This document shows positions 24,743 to 36,662 of a stretch of DNA of 64,000 nucleotides, piece after piece (within the stretch, counting starts at the first letter, position 1; the number at the start of each line of letters is the position of its first letter). The stretch spans positions 138,696,001-138,760,000 of the forward strand of contig NC_058368.1 of NCBI RefSeq assembly GCF_018350175.1. Reading direction: 5' to 3'. The translations under genes and the position numbers were made by a program. The notes beneath the pieces were generated by a model that saw only the letters and a list, made by a program, of their open reading frames with translations, searched no databases and was not told where the DNA came from. Source of the DNA: Felis catus (Eukaryota).

Positions 24743-24808
24743 AAGTTTCTAGAGAAGACCTCCATATTGGTTTCTAGAGAAGTTTCTAGAGAGGACCTCC
24801 ATATTGGT
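24743..24808. repeat. 29-bp direct repeat with 8-bp spacer
   Basis: aagtttctagaga(a/g)gacctccatattggt at 24743 and 24780; spacer ttctagag. Confidence 0.9.
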
Positions 24809-26472
24809 CAGCAGTGTCGGGGAAGGGAGGATCAATTCATTTCCTCACGGGTCGATCTCTGCTATTCTGCTCCCAGGGATCCCAGAGCCACTGGAGTAGA
24901 AGAAGGTACATAATTCTACAATAACATAGTGTGACAATATGGGAAAAGATGCTGGTTCCACAGCTTACTAGATAAGCGACCTTAGCTCACTTAGCATCTT
25001 GCTTTCCCTCTCTATAAACTAGGGGGGAATGACACCTGTCACATAAAATATAATGAGGATCATATAATGCCAAAAGTTACATGTTTAGCACAGGGTCTGG
25101 CACATAGAAGGGGAATGGTAAATATGTACTGCTTACTGAGACCTACTCAACATATCCCACCTTGCTAAATGAGACTTTCTGTGCTTTATTTGGTCCTCCA
25201 ATTTCATCCTGTAAGTCTCAAAGGTAAGGCCTGTATTTATAATCACTGTGCTACCCTGCTCACCTTGTTCCCCTATGAGAAATATTTTCATGTCAGTGGC
25301 TATTCCCGTCTGCAATTTTCCTTTGAAAGATTGCTCCAGGATGGGTACTTCCTAAGGGGAAGCTTTTCCCATTAGCTAGACAGGAGGGGGAAATGTAAGG
25401 GCAAGCCTTGACCCACAATTACCAAGAAATCAACTGTGGAAATGAGTCATCTTTCTCTCGCCACTGGGCTGGACTTGGTGATTAATGGGAGACATTTAAG
25501 ATAATACACTTTCTTGTTCAAGTTTTGAAAATTAAAGCTCCTAGAAATGTGAGCCCAGAGAAGGAAGAAAAAAGAATGAAGTAGAACAATATTCTCTTTC
25601 TAGTGGCTTGCTTTTAAAAACTTGGTCCCCTCCTGCCAACATTTACAGAATCGTCTGTCCCTTGTCTATGTCACATCGCTTTCCTTTTTTCCCTCCTCAC
25701 CTCCAAAAGGACATTAGTTCCAGCCAAAATGGTTATCGCGGATCCCCAGCACAGTTTCCAAGTTACCAAACGAGACAGAGGGACAATTGATCATATACTG
25801 GCACAGGCCAGTGGTGGGAGATACGGGAGTAAGATGTGGGCCCAAACAAGCTGTTGTTGCTGTATCTCTTTCAAAGCATGAATCCACAGGCCGTGCCGGC
25901 CTGAGCGCTTCAGATTCTTGGGAAAGAGATACCTCAGCCGGAGTCTCACAAAAGCCAGCCTCCTGAAGGCTCAGTCCATCCTTGCCACCTTAGCAGAGCT
26001 GACCCACCTTATCCAAAGATAGCCTCTGAGCCCCAGCCACCAAGAGCAGCACCTTTTGGCCTCAAATGTCCCCACCAGAGTTAGGCCACCTGAGTGATCG
26101 TGAATGACACTGACGGAGCAGTGACCACTGGGTTAACAGGGCTTCTCAGCCTTTCATTTCAATGTCCGAAGAGAGGCATTTAACGTGGGACTTGAAAATC
26201 CTCATTCATAAGGGCAAGGAAGCTGAGAGCCACTGGGAGCCTCACTTTCCACTGTACAGCTGGTAGGGAGCAGAGTCAGAATCGGAGCCTAGGTCTTTCT
26301 CTCAGCCTCTAGCCGTGTTGCTGGAGAATGAAGAGACAAAAAAAAAAAAAAAAAAAAAAGGAGGCCCAGAAAGTGAGGAAGAAGAAGGAGACAAGAGATG
26401 CGGAACAAGACCGAAAATTAAGATCCGGAACTCTGTGCCGCCTTGGCACGTGCTAAAGAATGGAGCGCCTCA

Positions 26473-26682
26473 GGGCGCCTGGGTGGCTCAATCGGTGAAG
26501 CGGCCGACTTCGGCTCAGGTCACGATCTCGCGGTCCGTGAGTTCGAGCCCCGCGACGGGCTCTGTGCTGACAGCTCAGAGCCTGGAGCCTCTTTCAGATT
26601 GTGTCTCCTTCTTTCTCTGACCCTCCCCTGTTCATGCTCTCTCTCTGTCTCAAAAATAAATAAATGTAAAAAAAAAAAAAAA
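26473..26682 (+). mobile_element. SINEC
   Basis: Head and tail present; TSD aagaatggagc(g/t)cctca. Confidence 0.94.
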
Positions 26683-27647
26683 AAGAATGGAGCTCCTCAA
26701 TAGTGACCCACGGGTTGTTGTCCCATTTTTGCTCCTGAGGACAAACCCTCTAGCCAGGCGACCCCCCCTTGCCCACACGCTCTGGTGGGCACTCTGAAAG
26801 TGCCACAGCCTTTACGCGACAGAGACACCAGAGTTTGTCAAACCGACAGGAATCACAGACATGTTGTCAAGCCGGGGCACAGGCTACCAGGGAGAATATT
26901 TGAACGTTTATTCACCAAGAGGAGCGCATGTGACTGTTTGCCCTGTGACAGCACCACAACCGGCCGCACACGCCCACGGCTTCTCACCCCAGCCCTCAGA
27001 AACCGGGCTCCACGTGTCACCCTAATTTTGCGGAGGAGGAAACTGAAGCTCCGAAGCCTCATCAGTCAATTCGCTTAAGGCTCGGAAACTCTGTAGCCGG
27101 TCTGGGGAAAGGGCCCGGGCAGCAGTCTGTTTTCAAAGCACTACCCGTGGGGTCTTGTGATCAAGAACTTCTTGACGGAGCCGGCACAAAGATCCTGTGA
27201 CCCCATCATCACATAAAGCCTTGCTTCATGAACTGTTCCCCCCACAAATGTGCTTTTGGTGCCTGTTTCCCCTCCCCCCCCCCCACAAATGTTTTATGTC
27301 TCTGATCAGAGTATAAAGTCCCAGGAGTGATAAAAGACGTGAAGGCTTCAGACTAGGATTGCGCACAGTGATTGGACACTTCCCGTGTTTAAGGCAGGCT
27401 TTCCGTCAATTCTTCCATTTATTCCATGAAGTCAGTATTACTATGATTATTTCCATTTCACAGCCGAGGAAACACGGGCAGACAAGAGTCCAGGGACACA
27501 ATACTAGTAAATGGCAGAGCTCTGAATTGAACACAGTCTGATTCCAGAGCATGGTCTAATTTATTATGATGTAATAGGAGTTGGGGAGAAGAGGGAGGGA
27601 AAAGGAGGGAGAGAGGGAAAAACCCTAAGTAGGAAGATGGAGAAAAA

Positions 27648-28677
27648 CGTTAGCTTTCTAGGACTGCTGTATCCAAGCGCCACAGATTGGGTGGCCTAAA
27701 CCACAGAAGTCTGTTGTCTCACAGACCTGGAGTCTAGAAGTCCAAGGTCAAGGTCCCTTGACCTAACGGGATCAAAGGTGGCAGCGTACTTTCTTCCCAG
27801 CCTGTGAGGAAGCATCTATTCCGGGCCTCTCACCCACTTCTAGCAGTGTGGTGGAAGTCTCTGGCGTTCCTTGGCATGTAGAAACATCATTTATCTTGCA
27901 TTTATCTTCCTGATCTCTGCATTTATCTTCCACACGGATTCCGTCCTGTGTGTGGGTCAGTCTCCAAACTTCCCCTTGTTATAAGGATACCGGTCCCATT
28001 GGATTCGGGCCCACCCTCACGACCTCATTTTAACTTGATTACCTCTTATAAAGACCCTGTAGATGAGCAAAATTTGCCACCCTCAAATATGTCTCTCTGT
28101 CGTGTGGACTATTTTAGGCTGGTTATTTTTAAGAAACAAAATACTCAGGAAGAAACTTCAACTTTCCGCCTAACTGCCTGCAAGAACGTAGATAGAAGTC
28201 CTGCTCCAGGAAGAGAGCTATCACCACAGATATAAGTACAGTATAACATGAACTAGGGGCAGTAGACAGGGAGGAACATAGCAAAGTCGGTGAAAATTCC
28301 TCTCTTTGCCCCATTGTGTCTGTACGGCCCAGCCAACATTTGTTCACCAAACATTTACTCTTTTTCATCTTTCTGTGGATCGTCTTCCTTCCCAAATCCC
28401 TACACCCTTCTCTCCTTCTAAGCCTTAATTGCCTGACTGTCTGTGGGCCTTATATTCTTATGGAGCCCCTGCACATACCGAATTAAATTTCCTTTTCTCC
28501 TGTCAATCTGTTTGATGTCCATTTGATCCTTGGACCAGCCAGGAAACTCTTGAAGGGCAGGGACAATTTTTTCCTTTCCCAAAACCCTGTGTCCAAATAA
28601 AGTCACGATCTGAGGTCCTGGCAGTTAGGACTTCAACATAGGAATGTGGGAAGGGGACATAATTCATCCCATAACAC
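27648..28677 (-). mobile_element. MLT1 MaLR LTR split by an ERV1 LTR
   Basis: ttagctttctaggactgctg...ccacagattgggtggcctaaacc...gacctcattttaacttgattacctc|insert|ccaaataaagtcacgatctgaggtcctgg...aattcatcccataaca. Confidence 0.85.
28058..28583 (+). mobile_element. MER34-like ERV1 solo LTR
   Basis: Starts tgtagatgagcaaaatttgccaccctcaaatatgtctct...gactattttaggctg; 4-bp TSD accc at 28054-28057 and 28584-28587. Confidence 0.75.
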
Positions 28678-31047
28678 AAGTTTCGGGCCACACGGCCCGT
28701 TGGTGAAGAAGCCAGAGCTCCACGGGAGTAGGGAGGAAATGAATTCCTGAGAGGTGAGACTCAGAGCTCCCTGGAGAACAGCTCTGGTGTCTTCAGATAA
28801 GGGTGGGTCAAACTTCAGCAGAGGCTGAAGGAAAGGCCTGCTCAGGCTTTCTCTGGCCCCAAGAATGAGCGCTCACCCACTGATTACTGGCATTTCCTGG
28901 CAGTGCCTTGGGCCCTGGGTTGCACAACCCTCTCATCAATGAAAACCAATAAGCTTTAAAAACGGAAAAAAAAAAAAAAAACACCGGAAAAAAAAAATCC
29001 TAAACAACAACAACAACAAAACCACACGCAAAAAAGGAGTAACTTTCTGTTGTCTGTGAAACCCTAAAAAAAAATGTCAACAAGTGCTGAGTCAGGAAAT
29101 TCTCCCCTAATAGCTTTTGTTGGAAACGTTTAACATTTCAACTTTATCTCTTCTTGTCTTTCAGACAGCTTCTCAGAGGTATTCAAATGCAACAATACCA
29201 TCATTCAGGACTTCTGGCTCCCAGAGGACTCTGGTCCTCCCAGAGGTCTGAGGCATGGCCAACACATACCCTTATGGGATCAGACCTGCTTAAACACCCG
29301 GAGGAGCTGTTTTCCTTCAGCCTTTCTGAGCTGGGGGAGGGGAGGACAATATGGCTGATACACCAGTGCCTTGTTGGATCTGGCCACCAAAGAGAGCATC
29401 CCCTACATAGGGACGCCTTAGCAGACACACACCCAAAGCTTAGGCATCGTCTCCGGCAGTGGGCAAATAATACCAGGGAACCTCCAGAATGGGCCTCTCC
29501 ATACCACCCAGAAACTCGTGGTCACCCTCCCATCACAGATCAAAAGTTTAGCCAAGGAAGGACCACGGCGCTGATTAGCTTTCCTCACACCTCAGTCTTC
29601 CACGTGGGCTCCCAAGGCCACTCTGATATCACTGCCTCCCTATGCCACTTGCGACCCTGTGACTTTTAGCTTCCTGGCCACCTCCATGGTCTTCCCATTC
29701 ACGTCTCACAGAAGTGGGGTGGCCATCTTCTTCTGAACCAAACAAGCAAATGGGGACAGAGGCAGAAGTGGTGAGTCACGTAGGCAGGGAGAGAATATCC
29801 AGCGGGAAGGGATGTAAGGCAATGTGTCCCCTCACAGAGCAGCTAGCGAGTTGGTGTGGCCTAAGCTGGTTGCTGCTGGCCCAATCAATATGTGCTCTGA
29901 CACCACTTTCTGGTCAAAGGAGTCAAGAGGCATTTTCTTTTTTTTTTAATGCAGAGCAATGAACAGCAAGGAAAAGAGAAGCATATTCCCTTCCCACCAC
30001 ACTCAGGCCCAAAGGCACAGCCTGCTCGTAAAAGTGGATTCACGAACTTCCAGGTAGGCGTCCGGTGAGTCTTCCATGGAAAGTTCGTCCTTCCCACTAA
30101 CTTGGATGGAAAAAATGAGCCCAATGTTCTCGACCTTGAGCTGAAAAGTAATATGTATGGAACAAAAGAGGTGCCAGTGTCAAAGGTAATCTTTGGCCAT
30201 ACGGTAATCGTGCTAAAATAAATACAACATCAACATACATTGATTAGGATATTTATTATCTAAATATGTGAGAGTTGAAGGAGGAAGCTGGGCTAGCAAC
30301 CTTCGCCCTTTTCAGCATGAGCATAAGCCATCACTGAAGACACCGAGGAAAGGGCTGGGCTCGCCATCTACACACAGACTTGCGAGCTCAGCCCAGCAGT
30401 CAGTGGGCTGGAGCCACCCCAAGAAAGGCTGGGAGACTGAGTCACAGGCAATCACTCACGCAAAATTGAGAATTTTCACATTTTTTCTGACCGTGCCATG
30501 TTTTTACGCTCATTGGCCCGTAAAGAAAGGGCAGGGAAGTAAGTGTGTGCTGGGCGCCTGAGCATTTCCTAACCCCGTGAGCAGGTGCCATCATTCTCAT
30601 CTTCAAGATGACGTTCAGAGAGGATGGTCCCATACTCAGAGACCAGTTACCAAGTCAACATCATTTTCCTTGCTGAAGAATGTTCGGGTAAGATTCAAGG
30701 CCAAGGCAAAGGGTTAGGAGTTTGGTGTTAGGTTGTCGTGAGCACAGAATCTCTGGCACATAAGCAGCCTCACGGACTCGTTGGAATATAAAAGAAATCC
30801 CGCTTATCCTTAGGCCAATCCAAGCTATCTGAGACCCCCTCGCCCCCATACAGCATCCTGGGTTCACCTTAGAACTTTCTGGGCTGCTTCCACCTCTATC
30901 AACAAGCCTCACGGTGGCACTTAAAATCTTTTCAGGTATTAAAGACAAAAGTTTTATTTAAGTCAAAACTTCTCTCTCCCTCCACACTGAAGCTTTCTTC
31001 TTCCTGTAGCGGAGGAGTGCTACCACTCAGGTCAGAAACGGCCGAGG

Positions 31048-31500
31048 AGAGGTGCCGGGGTGGCTCCAACCGTTGAGTGTCTGACTGTGGCTCAGGTCAC
31101 GATCTCACGGTTTGTGAGTTCGAGCCCTGCCTTAGGCTCACTGCTCTCAGCACAGAGCCCGCTTCAGATCCTCTGTCTCCCTCTCTCTCTCTGCCCTTCC
31201 CCCACTTGCTCTCTCTCTCTCTCTCTCTCTCTCTCAAAAATAAACATTTAGGGGCGCCTGGGTGGCGCAGTCGGTTAAGCGTCCGACTTCAGCCAGGTCA
31301 CAATCTCACGGTCCGTGAGTTCGAGCCCCGCGTAGGGCTCTGGGCTGATGGCTCAGAGCCTGGAGCCTGTTTCCGATTCTGTGTCTCCCTCTCTCTCTGC
31401 CCCTCCCCCGTTCATGCTCTGTCTCTCTCTGTCCCAAAAAGAAATAAAAACGTTGAAAAAAAAATAAAAAAATAAAAATAAAAAAAAATAAACATTTAAA
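31048..31500 (+). mobile_element. Nested SINEC pair (young copy 31251-31485 in the tail of an older copy)
   Basis: Two heads; inner TSD aaaaataaacattta. Confidence 0.93.
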
Positions 31501-31775
31501 AACAGATAATAAATGAATGAATGAATGAATGAATACTTTTTTAATGGCAAGGGATGCGAGAACGTTCTTCCCCTTATTCCAGCTAGCTTTCTGATTTCGG
31601 GGTGCTCCAGGCAAGCTCCAGGCTGTAGGGTCCCATATCCCCCCGAACTTTCACGGGGAAGTACAAACCTCTCCCAAGGTGCTGGGTGAACCTCTGCTCT
31701 TCTGTAGCTTAAAGTCAGCCAACCAGAGGACAAGGGGTGAGCCTCTCCTCCTGCAGGCCCCCAGGTCTCCTTGAG

Positions 31776-32626
31776 GCAGGCCCACCCCTAATGTTGCAGG
31801 GCCCAAGGCAAGAGCCCAGATGGAGGCCCACATACCAAATATCCAAATGTTTTAAAAAGTTACAGATGTAGCTAACAATACTGTTAAGTAAAAGTACCTT
31901 CTAGCCTCCTACCTTGACATGTACCCCTTCATGATGGCCTGGAAGGTCCGTTTGAATTTAGGATTCTCATTCTCCTTGGCATTTAAATCTGTGAGAGATG
32001 CGTCTCCCATCCCAGGGCCCTGCCCCTGGCCCATAGCCTGCTCTGTTTCTCTTCCTACCCTCAGCTGTGTCCCTTACCAGAAGCGTCTCACTTCGTAAGT
32101 GTCTCACACACTTATGGCCACCCAAGCTGCACATCCAGGATCCTCCCACGTCCCCCCAAAACTGCTGCCCCCTGGCCATGCTCAGGCCCAGGGCTGAGCA
32201 CCTCCACCTTGGACTGATGGACCTCAACAGGCCCTGGAAGGCACTCTGGGAGAACTGGCTACTTGGAATGTGCTGGGGAGGGGCTCCAAGAGGACATGTC
32301 CCCTAATGCCACAGATTGCCTGCTCCATAAGGAGTGTGCTAGGGGAATTCCTGAGATCCTCTTTCTAAAATGTAGAGGTCAGGGCAGGGACCCCACTTTA
32401 GGGTGGTTCTGATAAGTGTTTTCTTGGCCTTCCCTCATGAGACTTGAGGGCACGCCATGGGAAGGGGAGGGAAAATCCACAGTCTTCTCCCCCAAAGCTC
32501 TTAGCCCACCACTCAGGGACTCCCCTTTCTATGACTCTGCTTGTATGGACCACATGGGATGGTGCAGGTGGAGGGCCCAAGGCCAGCTTGGTGGCCTCTG
32601 ATAAAAGCCTAGAGGGAGCCGTTCTG
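31776..32626 (+). mobile_element. MER115/Zaphod-like hAT-Tip100 DNA transposon relic
   Basis: ttgcagggcccaaggcaagag...atggaggcccacatacc...gctaacaatactgttaagtaaaa...cctcctaccttgaca matches the recalled MER115 5' end; right end approximate. Confidence 0.65.
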
Positions 32627-35600
32627 CAACCCCTTGACTGATTTTGGTAGATTACGGACACAACTTTTCGCCTCCTGTCCTCAGCTTCGGGGCTTCAGCC
32701 ACAAATCTGAGACCCCAGTTCCATCAGGTTACGGAACGGACAGGCACAGAGCACTAACGTGACACAGACTTGCAGTTAAGCAGAAGTGTTTTACACGCCT
32801 ACATTTTAACACTATGTGAGGTGGGGGGGGGGGGGGGGGAAGAAAGCACGGTTCACATATGGGCAGCTTTAAAACCAAGCTCTATTCTGTGACAGAAATA
32901 AGTTTATGGAAATGTGTTCTGCAGTGAGGAAGGAGACACCAAGTTGCTGCTAAAGGAAACTGCACAAAGTCTTTGGGAGAGAAATTTGCTGTTTCCTTCC
33001 TCTCGAAGGGCCTGGTGACGTCCGGAGGCCCCGAGTCGATCACCGCCCTCACGCCCTAACGCCAACACTAGGTCAACAGCAGCACCCTCGAGCACCCTTA
33101 CTTCCTCTGAGGAGAGGTGAGGCATAAGAAAGCATCATTTTCTTCCATCCAGTCCCCAGCCTCCCTGGCCTCAGCTTCCCACACTTAGGAATAGCCGGCC
33201 TGCTGCTATCTGTAGACTCAAACCTGGTCAAGGGAGAGTTGAGGACGTTAGCCTAGTAAATGCCTCAGCCCACAGAAGGGAGCAGAGAAAATAGAACTCA
33301 TTAGGAATTGGAGGCCCTGGATTTAAGTTCCGATCTGTCTGCTTAGCCTTATTGGCTCTAAGATTTTTAGACGCTGGTGAATTTCCTAGGCTTCATCTGG
33401 AAATGGGGGCGATGATGAGTATCTGCTTGCCTTCCGTGGAGGTTGAAAGATCTAATAGTATCATTTGGAAACTGATAAATTCCGAATTATTAACGGTCCA
33501 GGATCGTGCTTTGGGGAGGGGTATCACGGTCTTTGTCTCTTAGAACCATGCTTCTGCCTAAACTGGCAGATCAAGTAATGTCAAGAACCTCTTGAAGAAG
33601 GAGAAATCTTTCATGCTACCCATAGTCTTTTGTCACTGCTGTAGTCCCTCCCTACGGAATGTGGTTAAAAAAAAAACCTCAAGACGCGGGAAGGCCACCT
33701 GGCTACGGGTGCATGCACAATATTCCTCACAACTCTGAAACGTAGACCGCGCGTTCAGACTGGATGTTACCATATACGGGAGACAAAGGAGGAAAAATTG
33801 TACGAAAGGCTACACCCCGCTGCGCTCAGGGCTCAGGTTTTCGGGTGTGAGCCCAGTAAACCCGAGCCGGCGCAACGAGTCAAGCGGCTTCCCGGGCAGA
33901 AAAGCCTCGGTGTCCCCTCTCCCCGTGCGACACTACTACAACCAGTACCTGGATTATTAGTGCTGCTGCTGCTTCTAGTCCCTTCCAGCTGAGCCCTGTT
34001 CCGGATGATTGCCACGCTGACCACAACAGACACACCGTCTTCCTAATCTACACCTGGCCAACTGAGAGAGCCCACTGCCACTCCCCCGTAGGCCCTTTAA
34101 TGCCTCCTCCAACATCCATTCCAGCCTGAACTGACTTTGAGCTCCGTCAGTGGCCTTTGAGGGGGCACGTGTGTCATTGCTCCCTCCCAGGAGGGCAAGT
34201 CCCTTTGGCCACCGCTTCCTAAGAGCTCCAGCTTGATGCTGGCCTTGGCTCTCGTACCCCTTCCGAGTCAGCATGGAGCTATTTGTCTTACCCATTTATG
34301 CCACTGCATTTATGACACCCAGCGTGGGTCTCACCAAAGCAGTTGGGCCAATCTCTAGACTGCTCAGTACGACGACACTTCAACAGAGAATTCCAGGGCC
34401 TGGGCCAAGAGAGGACTCCGCTGTGTGATTTGCTAGCACTGTGAACTCTGGGCCTCCCTTCCCCTCTGAATTCCTGTGAGATGAAGTTAAGAGATTCTGC
34501 TGTGTTTGTTGCACAGGCTTATCCTCCGGCTCAAATTAGGTGTATTGTGAAAATGAGTGGAAGGCTGTAGCATGTAACATGTAGTCGCCATTGCTTACAG
34601 CTGCCCTCACGCCATTTCCGTATGCTCTTCCCCTGCCAAAATATGCCCTCTCGGCCACCCCACTCAAAGCCCAAGAGGTCACCGATTCCTTTTCCTCCTG
34701 TGCATCCCTGCAGTGAGACGGCTATAGTGGGCACCGTGCCGTCCCTCCTCTCACCGGTATGACACGGGCAGTGTCAGCCTCCTTGCCACACCCTACTAAT
34801 GCCAACCAAGGATGAGGTGATCTCACACACGTGGACAGGCTACACTGTGAGCAGTCAGGCCATGGCAGGGCCTCCCACCATCTGGGCAGAGGGCTTGCTC
34901 CGCATCGTGTCCCCCACCCCCTCCAGTCCTGCCTCCTGGGGGGGGGGCGGGGCAGGTGGGAACCAAGACCGTGGGGACAGGCTAAGGCCACCAGGGCGAC
35001 CACGAGTGCGTATAGATGAGGGAGCAGAGCCCAGTTATGTGCCTCGTTCCTCTCCCACGAGGCTCTCACGGGCCACGCCTGGGACCAATTCCCAAGAACA
35101 CTGCATTTTCTGCCTGTGTGGACAACACCTGGCGGGAAGAAAGCCTTTTGAAGCTTCCGACTTGAGGCTTCTGGGCTCTCGGCTTTTTCCCTCGTCCTCA
35201 TTTTTCCCACACAAGGAAGGGGGATGCTGGCCCAGCTCTCCAGATCTGGCATGGTTGTGGTATAAAAAGATTGATTCCCAGCTGCGGAAGTGCCAATCGT
35301 GCTGGAGGGCCTGAGAAAAAGATGATGGCACTGTTTATCTTTCCAGAAAACCCAGAGGGCAGAAACAGTCAAAAGATTAGACCGAGCAGCTGCGCCGCCA
35401 GAGACAGGAGGGCAGGAGGGAAACCTGCCTTAGAGGCCACCAGGATCCAAGGTTTTAAGACTTTTACAGACATGTGTCTTTCCTCCTCAAAGTAGCTTCA
35501 GGGAGAGGAAGAGTGGCTGTTGAATCTTTCTGTCCTTGCCAATCTGTATTTCCTGCTCCCAAACCACCCCCACTGCTGCCCACCCTCCCTAGAAGGGCCG

Positions 35601-36305
35601 CCTGGTGTCGACGAGGGCCAAGCGGTGGTTCATGAAAAACAGCTGGAGCACTGGCCACAGCTGACGCTTGCTTAACGTAAAGAACCTTGGGAGGTATTTA
35701 AATGGAAGCCAGTTGGCCGGCTCGTGGGCGATGGTGGATGTGTTGGGGGGGAAGGCGCAGCCTGGGGAGAGAAACCAGACAGAGATCCAAAACAAGTGAA
35801 CAGGCTTGGAAGGATCGGGAGGGAAATGGCTAAAGCACACAAGCAGAGGGAAGGTGAAGAGCTATGCCCTAAAAGGAAAGACGGGCCGGCGGGGGGGGAA
35901 GGAGGAGGAGAGGTGAAGGGGAAGAAGAAAGTTCTCCTAAGGAGGGAAGAGGAAAAATAAGAAAAACGCTTGGGGTGGGAGGGGTTACAAAGAGATGTGA
36001 CAATAAGAAACAAGCAAGGAGGGGAGAAATCTCCAAAGTGTAAGCGGGCTGAGGCCTGTGAGAAGCTTTTTCAGGCAAAGTTTAAAACTAAAAACTTGCG
36101 TCCGTCCGTAAACCTGGAATCACGGGTTGACTAACGCAACCCCCAAAACAGGGCCGATTTGCACCGTCGTGAAAGCGAGCACCTCCTTCAATTTGGCCCC
36201 CAGATGCCTCTGATGCCTCCCTCCGGTCTTGGCCTGGCTGCAAAAACCCAGGGCTCTTCCCGCCCCCCCCTCCCTCCGTCTGCGTTAGAATTTCCAGAGA
36301 AGATC

Positions 36306-36520
36306 GGGCGCCTGGGTGGCTCAGTCGGTTAAGCGGCCGATTTCGGCTCAGGTCATGATCTCGGGGTCCGTGGGCTCAAGCCCCGCGTCGGGCTCTGGGC
36401 TGACAGCTCAGAGCCTGGAGCTTGTTTCAGATTCTGTGTCTCCCTCTTTCTCTGACCTTCCCCTGTTTATGCTCTCTGTCTCAAAAATAAATAAATGTTA
36501 AAAAAAAATTAAAAAAAAAA
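36306..36520 (+). mobile_element. SINEC
   Basis: Head and tail present; TSD aatttccag(a/c)gaag. Confidence 0.93.
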
Positions 36521-36529
36521 ATTTCCAGC

Positions 36530-36662
36530 GAAGCTTGTTAAAAGCACCTGTCCCAGGGCTTCTGCTAGGGGTGGTTGAGTCCGACTGTGGTGAAGGGCCC
36601 CAGGCAGGATTTAAACGCACCCCCAGGTGATTCTAATGTATAGTCATGGTCTAGAAACCACG
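36530..36662. mobile_element. MER5-like hAT-Charlie fragment
   Basis: gggccccagg...ccccaggtgattctaatgtatag...tctagaaaccac. Confidence 0.55.

Noticed and set aside
24762..24807. ccatattgg as an SRF CArG box
   Set aside because: Only five A/T bases between CC and GG; the consensus needs six
23085..24808. Short direct repeats as a possible CRISPR-like array
   Set aside because: Only two copies each, no unique spacers, and the DNA is mammalian
29154..29669. 171-aa ORF following a strong plus-strand acceptor at about 29164
   Set aside because: No recognisable peptide in any frame and no convincing partner exons
34722..35372. Longest ORF in the window (216 aa)
   Set aside because: Non-ATG start, GC-rich sequence with open frames on both strands, and no domain or splice support
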